Source of the DNA: Gekko japonicus
Taxonomy: Eukaryota
Assembly (NCBI RefSeq): GCF_001447785.1
Contig: NW_015169781.1
Span: 797,212 to 861,211, forward strand
DNA: 64,000 bases
Reading direction: 5' to 3'
Program-made: the position numbers and the translations under genes
In this document: one piece after another, positions 1-11,980 of the stretch
How the letters are laid out: each line of letters starts with the position of its first letter
How positions within the stretch are numbered: position 1 is the first letter of the stretch
The notes under the pieces: model-generated
What the model saw: only the letters and a program-made list of their open reading frames with translations
The model's database searches: none
What the model was told of the DNA's origin: nothing

Positions 1-142
1 CTGATCTATGTGGCGCCGCCATATTCGACCGTCAGCTAACTGCACCACATACATTCGAGTACCCACAGAGTCGGATATAATCTGCCCGCTTTCTTCCGAG
101 TCCGAAGTGTGGATGTCCGCAGGGCTGCCTACCTCCTGTCCT

Positions 143-160
143 ATGCCAGCCTTGACGCCA
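143..160 (-). other. tRNA primer-binding site (tRNA-Ser-like)
   Basis: TGGCGTCAAGGCTGGCAT lies 2 nt after the LTR end. It matches 14/18 of TGGCGACGAGGATGGGAT, the complement of the tRNA-Ser(GCU) 3' end as I recall it. Confidence 0.65.
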
Positions 161-162
161 AT

Positions 163-519
163 TGTTAGATCGCGCTAACAAAGGACTCGTACAGTGATTC
201 AGCAAGTGATTCAGCTTTATTGGAAGTAACGAGCAAGCACTAACTCAGTAAGAAACCAGAACAGAAAACAGTGGGAGCTTATGCTCCTTTTAAACATAAC
301 CGGGCTAATGTAGCCACGCCTATTTACAAATAACAACCAATGAGATTGCTAGAATAAAGACCAATGGGAGTCTTTCCCTCCTAGGGAATGGTATCGTTCT
401 GATTGGTCGCTGTTACGAAGCGACCAATAGGAAGTTCGCTCAGAGGAGCCCTGGTCTGGCTCGAAGCTTAACATGGGAGTCCTATGAGGTGATTCATGTA
501 ATCATTTCAATACATTACA
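163..519 (-). mobile_element. 5' LTR of an LTR retroelement (Gypsy-like), element runs leftwards out of the window
   Basis: Minus strand begins TGTAATG (519) and ends CTAACA (163). It has several CCAAT boxes, a TATA-like TTTAAAAG and AATAAA (216-221), and is followed by a PBS. Confidence 0.75.
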
Positions 520-1600
520 CTGGGTGCAATATTTTCCAAGACCAGAGGCAAGTAGAGATGGTGGTCTGTTTGAGGGGGAGGGCATTTCCTGTAACCCTTT
601 TTGCCAAAGTTTTGTAGAAGTGTTGTCTTCTCTTCAGCACTTTTGAAATGTCAGCTGCCAGAGTCTTGGGATTCTTCTCGAAGCACCTTAGCAACAAGCC
701 TGGTGGTGGAGATGCCGTGGAGCCAATTTGCAACACGGGCACAAAAGAAGCTGCTGCTCTGCCAAGCCTCTGAAAGATGCGAGTCATCGAGCCAGATCTG
801 GCTGAGCAGCATTTACAGTCCCCAGATGTGCTGGCCTTTGCAAGGCAAGAATATGGGATGTTTAGTGCCAGAGATACAAATGGCTTTTCATAAGTAATTT
901 TTGGGTCTAGCTTTGTCCTGCCCCGATCACCACAGGCTCTACCTGATGCTGGCAGAAGCTTCTTTCCAAAAAGGGCATGGACCCAGGTATATGGCTCTTC
1001 TGAATTCCTCTGCTGGTGACCAGGCACCATTTTTCTATGTTGCTCTCTGGTTCATATGAAAGCTTTCCTACCCCTTGCTTCCGCCCCTCCCCCTCCCGGA
1101 TTAGCAGGAAGGAAACAGAGGCCCTTTTTGCTACATGCCAGGGACCCTTCCTGGTTTGTTTGTTTTGCCATGTATCTTAACTAAGATTGGAAGATTTCCC
1201 CCCCAAAGAAACAATGTATTATTCTGGCTGCTGTAGAATGTCTTCAGTTCATTCTGCCAACCGGACCAATCGACCAGCTGGGCCCCATTGCCCCTTTCCC
1301 TGGGAGAATTCTGCTGATGCAGGACTGGTTCCTTTGATAAATGCATGGTCTATTTATTTCCTTTTTTAAAAATAGAAAAAAGAAAAAAATACTGCATTAT
1401 ATTGAAGAGTCCCACATTTCCTCTTGTGCAGAGCAGAATTAGGCCTGTATTTTCTCATAGTAACATTGTCAGAGTCCTGCTGGTTTCCCATGGCACAGTT
1501 TAAGATATACTTCAGATCTCTATATACAAATCTATCTATCTATATATATACATATATAAATGAGAAGAAAAACCTTATTTCCTTTGAATAAATATAAAAT
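520..1600 (+). other. Probable 3' UTR of the upstream gene (AJM1 by synteny), poly(A) signal AATAAA 1587-1592
   Basis: AT-rich UTR-like end with AATAAA followed by a GT/T-rich downstream element. Gene identity comes only from vertebrate synteny; no coding sequence is seen. Confidence 0.4.
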
Positions 1601-2301
1601 ATAACTTGAATGTACAACTTGTTTATGTTTGATTTTTTTGGAGGGGATTGTAGCAATAAGAGAGGCAGAGGCAAATCATTGGTAAAGGTTGCAAATGGCA
1701 TGGGATATGGGGGAGAGATTGAGTTTTATTCCTGATTAATCATTCTGGTGGCTAAAAAAGAGAAGGGATATTAGAAGAGAGATTCTGAGGCTCATATTGA
1801 TCTTGAAACACTTCCCCTAATCCCCAGATGTGTAGCTTTTCCTTCATTACAACATATGTTCCTTCCAAGCCCCTCTTTTCCTAAATTTCAGGGATTGCAG
1901 CTTGGCACTGGAAACAAGTGCCAGACATCTGTCAACCCGATACTCCCAACCTTCGTTGTAAATCATGCTCCCAATTTTTGCTTGTGAAAGTTGCCTGGCT
2001 GACATGTTGGTGTGGTTTACAAGTATTGTCATCCTTCAGGGTTCACCTCCCTTTGCAAGAACAGGCAGGGAAGAGCTTTCGGCAATGGAGAATCATTGTG
2101 GTCTGGGGAATCACTGGGTCAGACTAGGTTTTGGAAGATTAAGCTCTAATTCTCTTCACAGATTGTCACTCACTCAGCATAGTTAATGAAATGGGGGAAC
2201 TCCTTGGAGGAAATTTTAAGAGAGGAAAGCAATGGAGGGGAGGAATGCTGCTAATGTGAAATGCTGAGAATTCTGCATATGCTCAGAGCAGATCTGGCAA
2301 C

Positions 2302-2506
2302 CAATGCTCCCTCTAAGCCATGGAGTCTTGTAAGCAAAATTCTACTTTGTGAGTTACTGGCATTGAAGTTGTGAGTGAGTGGTTTGGCTACTGCATAAAT
2401 TAGTTTTCGCTGGAGCCATCCTTCCTGAACTATCACAAAAAAATGTGTAAACCGGAGGCTAAAAAACTGAGCTAGTTTACACTAACTCAGTTTAGAGGGA
2501 ACACTG
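2302..2506. mobile_element. ~200-bp hAT MITE (TIR CARTGTTCCCTCTAAGCTG), copy 1
   Basis: TIRs plus degenerate 8-bp TSD ctggcaac/gtgccaac. Three other copies are in the window. Confidence 0.8.
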
Positions 2507-2869
2507 GTGCCAACGTCCAAGTGGGGCCTGGCGTATTCTAGGAATTACACCTGCGCTCTAGTCCAGACTACAGCGATCAGTTCCGTTGGAGGAAATGTCA
2601 TTCCACTGATATCTCCACGGTTCCCAGGCACCACCCCCGCTGGATCTCCATGTATTTCCCAAGCCCACCCTGGTAGCTATAGCTTACATATGGGCTGTTT
2701 TCACTTTCTCTCTCACACACAAAATAAAAATAAATGGCAAAATAATCCATATAAAAATATCCCCCCCACCCCGTTCATTCCATTAGATAAATCAGGCGCC
2801 AATTCCACTACGCAGCAAACAAGCTTCCTCAGCAAAGGGAACAAGCCGCTGCACCCCCTTGTGGGCTAG

Positions 2870-3061
2870 AGCCGTTCCCATTGGCTCAACCCTTCGGAGG
2901 CTTGCACTCATTCTGATTGGTTTATTAGCCTTCCTGGCAGAGACAGCGCCTCCCGCCTCCAGGGAAACGATTTCCGGTTTTTCCCCGGAGCGCCCGCCTC
3001 CTCCATCTCTATTGGCTCGTGAGCCCGCTTTGATTCGCAGGCAGCCCTTCGGTCGGCGGCG
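2870..3061 (+). promoter_or_regulatory. PHPT1 CpG-island promoter/5' UTR
   Basis: CpG-rich, three inverted CCAAT boxes (ATTGG), ETS-like TTCCGG and a GC box directly upstream of ATG 3062. Confidence 0.75.
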
Positions 3062-3206
3062 ATGGCAGAGGGTGGCCTCAGCCGCGTCCCCGATGTGGAC
3101 ATCGATTCCGACGGCGTCTTCAAGTACGTGCTGATCCGAGTCACGCCGGAGGGGAAGGAGCCAGGCAAAGAGATTGTGCGCGGCCACGCTTGGGCGGAGT
3201 ATCACG
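3062..3206 (+). CDS. PHPT1: PHPT1 coding exon 1
   Basis: ATG...TATCACG|gtgag. Confidence 0.95.
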
Positions 3207-6200
3207 GTGAGCACGGACGAGCCCGGCCGACTAGCCGAAGGGGCGGGGTCTTGAGGAAAAGCGGCGTGCCTTGTAGAAGGGGTGGGGCGGGGCTTCTTCC
3301 TTGAAAAGTGTACACTATAGAAGGGAAGAGCCAGGTGGGAAGGTGTGGGGCGTGGTTAGGGAGGGGCTTTGTAACAGTGGGGTCGGGTTGGCCACCTCCA
3401 GGTGAAGGCTGAATATCTGCCGGTGTTACAAGTGATGGCCAGGCTACACGAATCGCTTATTATTTATTTAAAGCCTTTATTTCACTTTTCCTGGAGAAAA
3501 TGGCTGCTTTGGAATGCGGGCTGCCTAGCATTATACCCAACAGAGTTCCCTCCCATCTCTAAACTTTACTCTTCCAGGGCCCACCTGCAAATCTCTAGGT
3601 ATTTCTACACCTAGGTGGGGCTGGGTGGAGCTCTCCTGGGGTTATAGCAGATCTGGGATTACAAAAGGTTCTCCTGGAGAAAATGGCCGCTTTGGAAGGT
3701 AGACTGTATGGCATTAGATTCCATTGAAGGCCCTCCCATCCCCAAACCCTGCCTTCCTCAGGCTCCAGCCCCCAAATCTCCAGGTGTTTCCCAGTCCAGG
3801 TGACACAACTCTGAGGTGGGGTAGGGAAGTGGGCAGGAGTGCAACCTGGTTGGGGTAGGGCTGTAGTACAGTGTGAGGCAGACCTGTATGTGTTCAAATA
3901 TAACACTTGGCCTTGGCTGGCATTTCTAGAGACAAAACACTACTTCCTTTTTCAGCCTGGGGAGTGACAGCTGTTAAATTGCTGCTTTTAGTAGAAGGGT
4001 CTCAGCTTGTTCTCTTTGTGTTTCCTTAGCTGATATCTATGATGAAGTAGCAGAGGCGCTGGAGAAGCAGGGCTTCCGCTGTAAATGCTTGGGCGGCGGC
4101 AGGATATCCCACCAGAGCGGCTCCAAGAAGATCCATGTTTATGGCTACTCAGTGGTAAGGAGGGACCTAGAGGGAAAAAGGAGGTCTTTAAGAGGTGCTT
4201 CAAGTCACTCCTGTGGACAATGCATGTAGGGAGGGATGCTGGATGCCACTCTTAGGTAGATTTCATTTAAAATACTTATATCTAACATTCACAGTGGTCA
4301 CCTAAACATATTTAAATGGCAAACAATTATAAAAACTGCCTCCTGAACTGTTAATCAGCTGACATTTAAAATAGTTGTGGGGGTAGGTGCGTCCTCATAA
4401 AGGCAGGCTGTTCTGAAGTCTTGGAGCCATCATAATGGAGGCCTTGCTTTTGCTTTCTTTCTGCTGCAGTGAGAACGTATGAAGCAGGCTGGAATCATCT
4501 GAGTGCAATTGGCTGATATAGGGAGAGAGGTTTCCTCAAGGATCCCGCAGCTATGAGATCCAAAGCAGTCACAGGGTGTGTTAAGGCAGATGTATTTATT
4601 ATTTATTTAAAACATATATTAGCTGCTTTTCTTCCTTACAGAGCTCAATGTGGCTTACAATATAGATAAAATGAATAAAGAACAGCATTTAAAACCACAA
4701 TTTAGGACTGTTAGAATGGTCAAAGCAATGGTATTCTCAGTAGTAATGTATGGCTGCAAGAGTTGGACTATAAGGAAGGCTGAGCGCCGAAGAATAGATT
4801 CTTTTGAATTATGGTGCTGGAGAAGATGCTTGAGAGTCCCTTGGACTTCAAGGAGATCAAATCAGTCAATCTTAAAAGAAATCAACCCTGACTGTTCCCT
4901 GGAAGGCCAGATACTGAAGCTGAAGCTCAGTTACTTCAGCCATTAAATGAGAAGGGAGCACTCACTGGAGAAGACCCTGATGCTGGGAAAGATTGAAGGT
5001 CAAAGAAGAAGGGGACGGCAAAGGATGAGATGGTTAGACAGTGTCATAGATGCAACGAACATGAAATTGAGCAAGAGGATGGCGGAAGTCAGGAAGGCCT
5101 GGAGTGATCTGGTCCATGGGGTCGCGAAGAGTCTGACTCGACTGTGCGACTGAACAACAACAAAAAGTAATTTAATCAAATGCAGTCCTAAATGTAACCT
5201 TCTTCAACTGCCTTCTAAAGATAAAAAGTGAGGGGACCAGGCGCATCTCCTTGGAAGAAGGCTCCATAATCTTGGGGCTGCCACTGAAAAGGCCTTCTCG
5301 TGTGCCCATCAAACAAGTTTCTTTGATTGATGGGACAGTCAGGAGGGCCTCTTCTTGTGAACTTAATTTGTGGGCAGGAACATACAGGAGAAGATGGTCT
5401 TCAGCTGCTCCAGTCCCAAGCCATGTAGGACTTTAAAGGTCAAAACCAACACCTTGAAGTGGGCTCGGGTGTGAATTGGTAGCCAGTGCAATTGCTGTAA
5501 TATCAGGGTCACATGCTCTCAATAGCTGCCCCTGGTTTAGCCACAGCGTTCTGCACTAGTTGCAGCCCCTGAACACTCTTCAAGGCAGCCCCATGTAGAG
5601 CACATTGCAGTAGTCCAGTCTCAATCATGGATCACTGTGGCTAGGTCTGACTGTAGCAAGAACAGCACCAGCTGGAGCTGAGCAAAAATACTCCAAACCA
5701 CTGCAACCACATAGTTTTCCAAGGTGACTGCTGTATCAAGTGGTACTCCCAAGCTGTGAACTTTTTCAAGGGGAGTATAACTCCATCCAGGGCGAGAGAG
5801 ACCTGAAGTCCCTGGTCTGTTTTTCTGTTAACCCAGAGAACCTCCGTCTTGTCAGGATTAAGTTTCATCTTGTTCACCATCATCCAGCCCTTTACTGACT
5901 CCAAACACTGGTTCAGAACATCAGCAGCATCCTGGGAATTAGGTAGGAAAGAAAGGTAGACTGGGGTATCATCTGCACATTGGTGATATTGCAGCCTACG
6001 TCTCCTGTGTGGTGGTGTGGATAAGAGTGGTGGACTCTGATCTAGAGAACCGGGTTTGATTCTCCACTCCTCCACATGATGCTTGCTGGGTGTCCTTGGG
6101 TCAGTCACAGTTCTCTCAGAGCTTTCTCAGCCCCATGTACCTCACAGGGTGTCTGTTTTGGGGAGAGGAAGGGAAGGCAATTGTAAGCCATTCCAAGACT

Positions 6201-6933
6201 CCTTCAGGTAGTGAAGAGCGGGCTATAAAAACCAACTCCTCCTCCTGATGATCTCTCCCAGTGGCTTCCCATAGATATTAAATAGCCTGAAGGGTAAGAT
6301 AGAACCCTGTGGAGCCCCACAGGCTCACCAGTTATATGCATGGGACCATTGTTGCCATAATGTTTTTTGTTCACAAAAGGGTAATTGAAGAGAAACAAGG
6401 TCAGAATGCAAAAGCCACATTGGGTTTCTTAGTTTTGCCTCGAGCGCAATGAATGTGCTCTGCATTGAATTATTCGTTCGGTCCACCTGGATCAGTATGG
6501 TCTGTGCTGACTAGCAACAGTTCTTCAGGGTCTTGGGTGGGGAAAGGTCTGTCCTGACATCAGCTCCCTGGGATCCTGTGATGGGACATTGAACCTGGTA
6601 CTGGTACATTTTGTGTGCAAGACATGTAACATGCTGTACTCTGAGATACAAACAAATGCTAGAAAGATCCTGTTAAAGCAAAATATACTGGGATTTCAAT
6701 AGCACTGGCAGCTTTACCATGTTTCAGTGTTGTGGGTAGAGTTACCAAAGACACATGGATGTCCTTGGGTTAAGAATAGTAGACCTTTTCTGTCGAAGAG
6801 CATTGCTTGTCTGGCTAACAATGGCAATAAAATCTTTCAGGGCTTTGGCAAAGCCAAGCACTCCGTGGCCACAGAGAAGCTGAAAGCCAGATACCCCGAC
6901 TATGAGGTCACCTGGGCGGACGAAGGCTACTGA
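3062..6933 (+). CDS. PHPT1: 14 kDa phosphohistidine phosphatase, join(3062..3206,4030..4154,6841..6933), 120 aa
   Basis: [16 protein letters not shown]...KEIVRG...AEYHADIYD (catalytic His)...CLGGGRISH...[11 protein letters not shown]...[13 protein letters not shown]. All introns are GT-AG, phases consistent, 363 nt. Confidence 0.97.
4030..4154 (+). CDS. PHPT1: PHPT1 coding exon 2
   Basis: ccttag|CT GAT ATC...TCA GTG|gtaagg. Confidence 0.95.
4715..5163 (+). mobile_element. BovB (RTE LINE) 3' fragment
   Basis: [36 protein letters not shown]...[12 protein letters not shown]...RQRMRWLD, ending in a CTGAACAACAAC tail. Confidence 0.9.
5190..6320 (-). mobile_element. L2-type LINE RT fragment, interrupted by a SINE at ~6009-6246
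   Basis: Minus-strand [12 protein letters not shown]...[17 protein letters not shown] matches the L2/CR1-clade RT (YADD region). Boundaries approximate. Confidence 0.75.
6009..6246 (+). mobile_element. tRNA-derived SINE (Squam3-like)
   Basis: A/B-box head, CORE-like body and (TCC)n tail. Same family as 7555, 8539, 11026, 20222, 20791, 33388 and 37432. Confidence 0.8.
6841..6933 (+). CDS. PHPT1: PHPT1 coding exon 3
   Basis: tttcag|GGC TTT GGC...GGC TAC TGA. Confidence 0.95.
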   Translation, partial: GFGKAKHSVATEKLKARYPDYEVTWADEGY

Positions 6934-7109
6934 CAGCAGCAGATATCACTCCAGAGGGGCCTCAATGAACTTGCTTTGCCTGCTCCCTTCCTTGATGGTG
7001 CTGCATATACAAACTGCCAAGGGAAATGGGTTGGTTTTCATGCGAATGCATTGCCAGTGCTGTGCCAGTCTCTGGCTGCTTACACCAAGCCTGTGTATGA
7101 ACAGAGAGA

Positions 7110-7115
7110 AATAAA
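7110..7115 (+). terminator. PHPT1 polyadenylation signal
   Basis: AATAAA 177 nt after the stop codon. Confidence 0.7.
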
Positions 7116-7262
7116 TTATTCCTGTCATGACTCTGGTGCTGTAGTCTCCACAACACACAAGGCCCTGTGCGTAACGTCCCAGCAACTTCTTTGTCTTTGA
7201 AAAGGCTTCTGCTGTACATAGGAGAAACAAGATGGGGAGGGGGAAGCTCAAGTGGGTGCAGC

Positions 7263-7463
7263 CATTATTCCCTCTAAGCTGAGTTGGTGTAAGCCAGCTC
7301 ACAGTTTTTTAGCCTCTGGCTCACACATTTTCGTCTTAGCTCAGGAAGGATAGCTCCAGAGCAAACTAATTCATGCAGTAGCCAAATCACTCGCTCACAA
7401 CTTTAATGCCAGTAGCTCGCAGAATTTTTGCTCACAAGACTCCACAGCTTAGAGGGAACATTG
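7263..7463. mobile_element. hAT MITE, copy 2
   Basis: Same TIRs as copy 1; flanks gtgcag-c/gtgcagac. Confidence 0.8.
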
Positions 7464-7554
7464 GTGCAGACCATACAGAAGGCTGGTCTCTGATTGGTGG
7501 CAGAAGAGCAGTGGCTGTCCAGGCTGCAGGGAAAGTAGCCGAGGCATTTACTTC

Positions 7555-7790
7555 CAGTTTGGTGTAGTGGCTAGGAGTGCAGACTCTAATCTGGGAGAAC
7601 CGGGTTTGATTCCCCACTCCTCCACATGCAGCTGCTGGGTGACCTTGGGTTAGTCACAGTTCTCTGAGAGCTCTCTTAGCCCCACCTACCTCACCTGGTG
7701 TCTGTTGTGGGGAAAGGAAGGGAAGGAGATTGTAAGCCGATCTGAGACTCCCGAGTAAAGGGCGAGGTATAAATCCAGTCTCTTCTTCTA
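7555..7790 (+). mobile_element. Squam3-like SINE
   Basis: CAGTTTGGTGTAGTGG...GGGTTTGATTCCCC...TATAAATCCAGTC(TCT)n. Confidence 0.85.
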
Positions 7791-8538
7791 AACCAAAACA
7801 GTTGAGAATAGAACTATTAAGATCTGAAATTGGAGGGGAACCAAGAGTACGCAAGTAAGCTCAAACAACTGCTCTCTCCTAATACCAGTGTGTGGGAATG
7901 TTAGTGATCATTGTAGCAACAGTGTCTTTTTCCGAATGAGGATTCTGCTCATTCTGCTGTTGCTTTTTGTTTGCCTAAGTCTGCATGCTCAGACTGTTTA
8001 CCTTCAGCTCTGCTAACTGTTGGACGCTGCTTTCCTGGCAAGTCAAGCTTGTATCCCTTATGGATGCAGAGACAGGCCTGAAAGTCTGAGGGTGATGGTT
8101 GGAGAAGGGAATGGGGCAACCTGAGCAAATACAGGGGCAGAACCTCTGTTTTAGCAGTCTTTCAGCAGCGGCTGGACAAACACTTGTCAGGTATGCTCTA
8201 GGCTGATCCTGCACTGAGCAGGGGGCTGGACTAGATGGCCTGTATGGCCCCTTCCAGCTCTGTGATTCTCTAATTCTAAGCTTTTGGCAGGAGGTATGGA
8301 GATGGGGTGAGAAGGCAAGACCAAAAGGGCTGATAAAAGGAAAGGGAGTGGGAGTCAAATGGAAAGCCAGCAAGGAGAGGAGCCATTTCAAGTGGTCAGA
8401 GTGTGCACATAGTCATGCCTTTTCTCGTCCTGTGGCACTTGGATTTTTGCAACAATGTTCAGTTGTGGAAATTTAAGTATTCCCAGAATATGCTTGGCAC
8501 AGTAAACAGAAGGGGCTGTGAAGACATCTTTGCTGGGC

Positions 8539-9330
8539 CAGTTTGGTGTAGTGGTTAGGAGCGTGGACTCTAATCTGGGAGAACTGGGTTTGATTCCCCA
8601 CTCTTCCACATGCAGCTGCTGGGTGACCTTGGGTCAGTCACAGTTCTTTCAGAGCTGTTCTCGAAAGAGTGCTTTCAGCCCCACCTACCTCACAGGGTGT
8701 CTGTTGTGGGGAGAGGAAGGAAAAGGAGATTGTAGGCTGCCCTAAGAGATTGTAAGCTGCCTTTCCCCATATATACCCCAGAGCACTATGGTCGGGGTCG
8801 CAACATCAATTAATCATTCCGGGCCCCAAAGATGCTAGGCTCACTGCTGCCAGGGCCTTTTCTGTGGCGGCTCCTTACGGGTGGAATGAGCTCCTGGAAG
8901 AGATCCAGGGCCCTGCGGGACCTCTTGCAGTTCCGCAGGGCCTGTAAGATGGAGCTCTTCCACCAGGCTTTCAATTGGGAGCCGCCACCATGACCACCAA
9001 CTATGCTACATGAACATCTGTAGCACTGAGCTGGCTCGAACAGACCGGAAGACTGCTGAATTGAGAACTTGGATGGTATATCTTAGAGCACGACATCTAA
9101 CTTTAAGGAATTGTTAATACTGCGAGCACTTTAAATGTAAGAATGTTTTAAGCTGTTTTAAAATGTTTTAAAGTTTTATGTTGTCTAGGTACATTGTACC
9201 AACCTCTGTAAACTGCCCTGAGCCTGCCCGCAGGGAGGGTGGGGTATAAATACAAATAATAAATAACAATAATAAATAAGACTCCTTCGGGTAGCGAAGG
9301 GTGTGGTGTAAATCCAATCTCTTCTTCTCT
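8539..9330 (+). mobile_element. Squam3-like SINE split by an L2-like 3' fragment (~8761-9279)
   Basis: SINE 5' part at 8539-8744 resumes at ~9280 (gactccttcgggtag...). The insert has the L2-type AGGGCCTTTTCTGTGGCGGCTCC motif and an (AAT)n tail. Confidence 0.7.
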
Positions 9331-11025
9331 CTTTACCTAAATAATGGGGAAATGCCACCTCAAGTTGCATGTTGCCAGGTTACCAGGGCAAGGTGGGGGC
9401 ATATTGGAATGGGGGTGATCTCTTCCCCTAAACAAATATGAATTTGTGGGATGAACTAAGGCATGTGGGAAAGCCAGCAGCCCTTGTAAGAAGGCAGCAG
9501 GAAAGAAAGATGATGCATCTGTTTTAAGCTTCATGGCATCCAGGAACATATCAAGCTCTCCAGACAAATTGACCCCTTCTGGCCATGCACTTGTGTGTAG
9601 CCAGCAACCAAGGTACGTTTCCATTCCATTCCACTGAAAGAATTCCCCAGGGGGGTTGGGGTGCCCCCCCTCAGGCTATCTGCTGCGTGTTTTCCAGTAA
9701 GGATGAGTCTCTGCTGACCATGACGGTTGCAGCCTCTTGCAATGGCAGGACCTAGCTCACCGTTTTATGGCTTGATGGCCCTAACTTGAGCCGAGGGTCC
9801 AAGGCCACTTCCTGGGAAGCAGGGGCTGGATTTCTTGGACTTGCTCTGAATGCTGACCCAGCCCTTGGTGTATGACCGGCCTCTGGGGGTCTAGCTATGT
9901 TGCCAGTCAATTAAAGATGTCGCAATCTGCTCAGCTCTGGCTTCTAATAGGATGTGTCTAAATCCAGTTGCAGTTGTAAACACACAAGCATTTTGAGCGG
10001 AAGGCTAAGCGGTAAAAAAACGATGGTGTGGCCTATAGGTTTTTCTGATCCGATTTGACATGCCAAAAACATGTTGGCCCTAGCCAGTGCTGAAGTGCAT
10101 AGCTGCCATTTTAAAATAATGTAAATAAATTCAGTGTATTTAAATTTTTAAGACTGAGGAGAGAGGAACCACTGCTGTTGGTTTCTCACCCTTGAGAACC
10201 CAAGACAGGCTGCCTTTCTCAGGGGAATGACTTTGTATTCAGGGAGCTAGTGTGGCAGTTAGGATATCAATTTAGGATCCGTGAGACCTGGGTTCAGATC
10301 CCCGCTCTGTCACAAAGTTCCTTGGTCAGTCACTGTCAGCCTAACTTACCTTGCAGGGTGGTTGTGAGGGTGAGGAGGAGGAAGGAAGGACTGTGTATGG
10401 TGCCCCGAGCTCCTTGGAAAAAGGGCAGGATTAAACGTGTAGTAAGGGGAGAATTGTACTCCCAAGAGGAAGAGTGGGGCAAAAATGTGGCCGATTCCAT
10501 GGAGATTGGTTTTGAGGCTATGAAAGACTTTCAGGAATATCACACTCGGAGAAATTTGTGGCCGGGTCATGCTTTTCAAGGATAAATGCAGCTGGGACAG
10601 CTTTCATGAAGAAACTCTTAGTTTTAGGATTAGGACAATTTTGCACAGTACGGTTAGTTGTAGAATTTGTCATTAAAAATTATGATGACACCTGGTTAGA
10701 TAGCTTTTTTTAAAAAAGAAGAATGCGTATTTGTGTATGATGCATCTGATAATGGCTGCTTGCCATGACAGCTAAATGGAGCCCTCATGTATCACTCAAT
10801 ATCAGGACATGGAAGACGGACAACAGATTAGGGCAGTTTTTGTCATGCCCGGCTTGTGAGCTTCCTGTAGGCATTTGTTTGGGCCTTCTGGGAGCCAGGA
10901 TGTCAGATCAGGTGGACCTTTGGGTCTAATCCAGCCAGGCAGTTCCAGTGCTGTATTAATTTCTATAAAGTAATCCCATTCATTGACCAGTGCCACTATC
11001 ACCATCATACCAAGGATCCTGTTTA

Positions 11026-11300
11026 TGCAGTATAGTGGTTATGTGCGCGGACTCTAATCTGGGAGAACCGGGTTTGATTCCCCACTCCTCCACTTGCACC
11101 TGCTGATGTGACCTTGGATCAGTCACAAGCTCTGGCACAGCTGTCCTTGAAAAAGAGCTGTTTGTGTCAGAGTTCTCTCAGCCCCACCCACCTCACAGGG
11201 TGTCTGTTGTGGGGAGGGGAAGGGAAAGGAGTTTGTAAGCCGCTCTGAAACTCCAAGTGAAGGGTGGGGTATAAATCCAATCTCTTCTCTTCTTCTTCTT
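11026..11300 (+). mobile_element. Squam3-like SINE
   Basis: Family match, (TCT)n tail. Confidence 0.85.
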
Positions 11301-11980
11301 CTAGTATAGAAAAGAATGCCACCATGTTAAGAATACGATACCAAATACTTACAGTGGTTATCTAACATTCAGTAATATTTCCAAATATTATTCTTGCAAA
11401 GATATACAATTCTTAAAGGGATAGTACAACAGTCCAAAGGTAAGTATAAAGGTTGCTAAAGTGACTTCTTATTTTTGTTCTTCCAGATTCCTGAAGAGAT
11501 CCTCCAGCTTCCTAGCAATCAAATGTGCTATCAGTATGGGCGTGTTTTCACAAACTTCCTCAAAGTAGCATACAATGCGAAAATGTCACATGGAATTGTC
11601 ACACGGAACCTAAGCCTTTATATGTTATTTCCTGACACTCATAAAGGTGACTGTCTGCTTCATTACAAAATGACATTAAAATTTATTCTGTGGAGAGTGA
11701 ATCAGTGTCAGTATGTGACTTTAAGGAAATTTGTGAAAACATGCCCATACCAGTAGCACATTTGGTCGCTGGGGAGCTGGAGGATGTCTTCAGGAATCTG
11801 GAAGAAAAGAACAAAAATAATAAAGAGACTTTAGCAACCTTTGTACTTACCAACATTGTACTATCCCATTAAGAATTGTATAGCTTTATAAGAATAATAT
11901 TTGGAAAGATTCCTAAAAGATAACCACTATAAATATTTGGTATCTTATTCTTAACACGGTGGCATTCTTTTCTATACTAG
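11301..11980. repeat. ~680-bp foldback (long inverted repeat), probably a non-autonomous DNA transposon
   Basis: CTAGTATAGAAAAGAATGCCACC at the left end is the exact reverse complement of the right end. Imperfect complementarity continues for ~280 bp per arm. Confidence 0.85.

Noticed and set aside
515-1030. 171-aa minus-strand ORF and other long ORFs in the track (26570, 31191, 43111)
   Set aside because: No recognisable domains. They overlap UTR-like sequence, MITEs or local duplications and are chance ORFs.
7555-7630. tRNA genes
   Set aside because: The tRNA-like A/B boxes are SINE heads without a complete cloverleaf.
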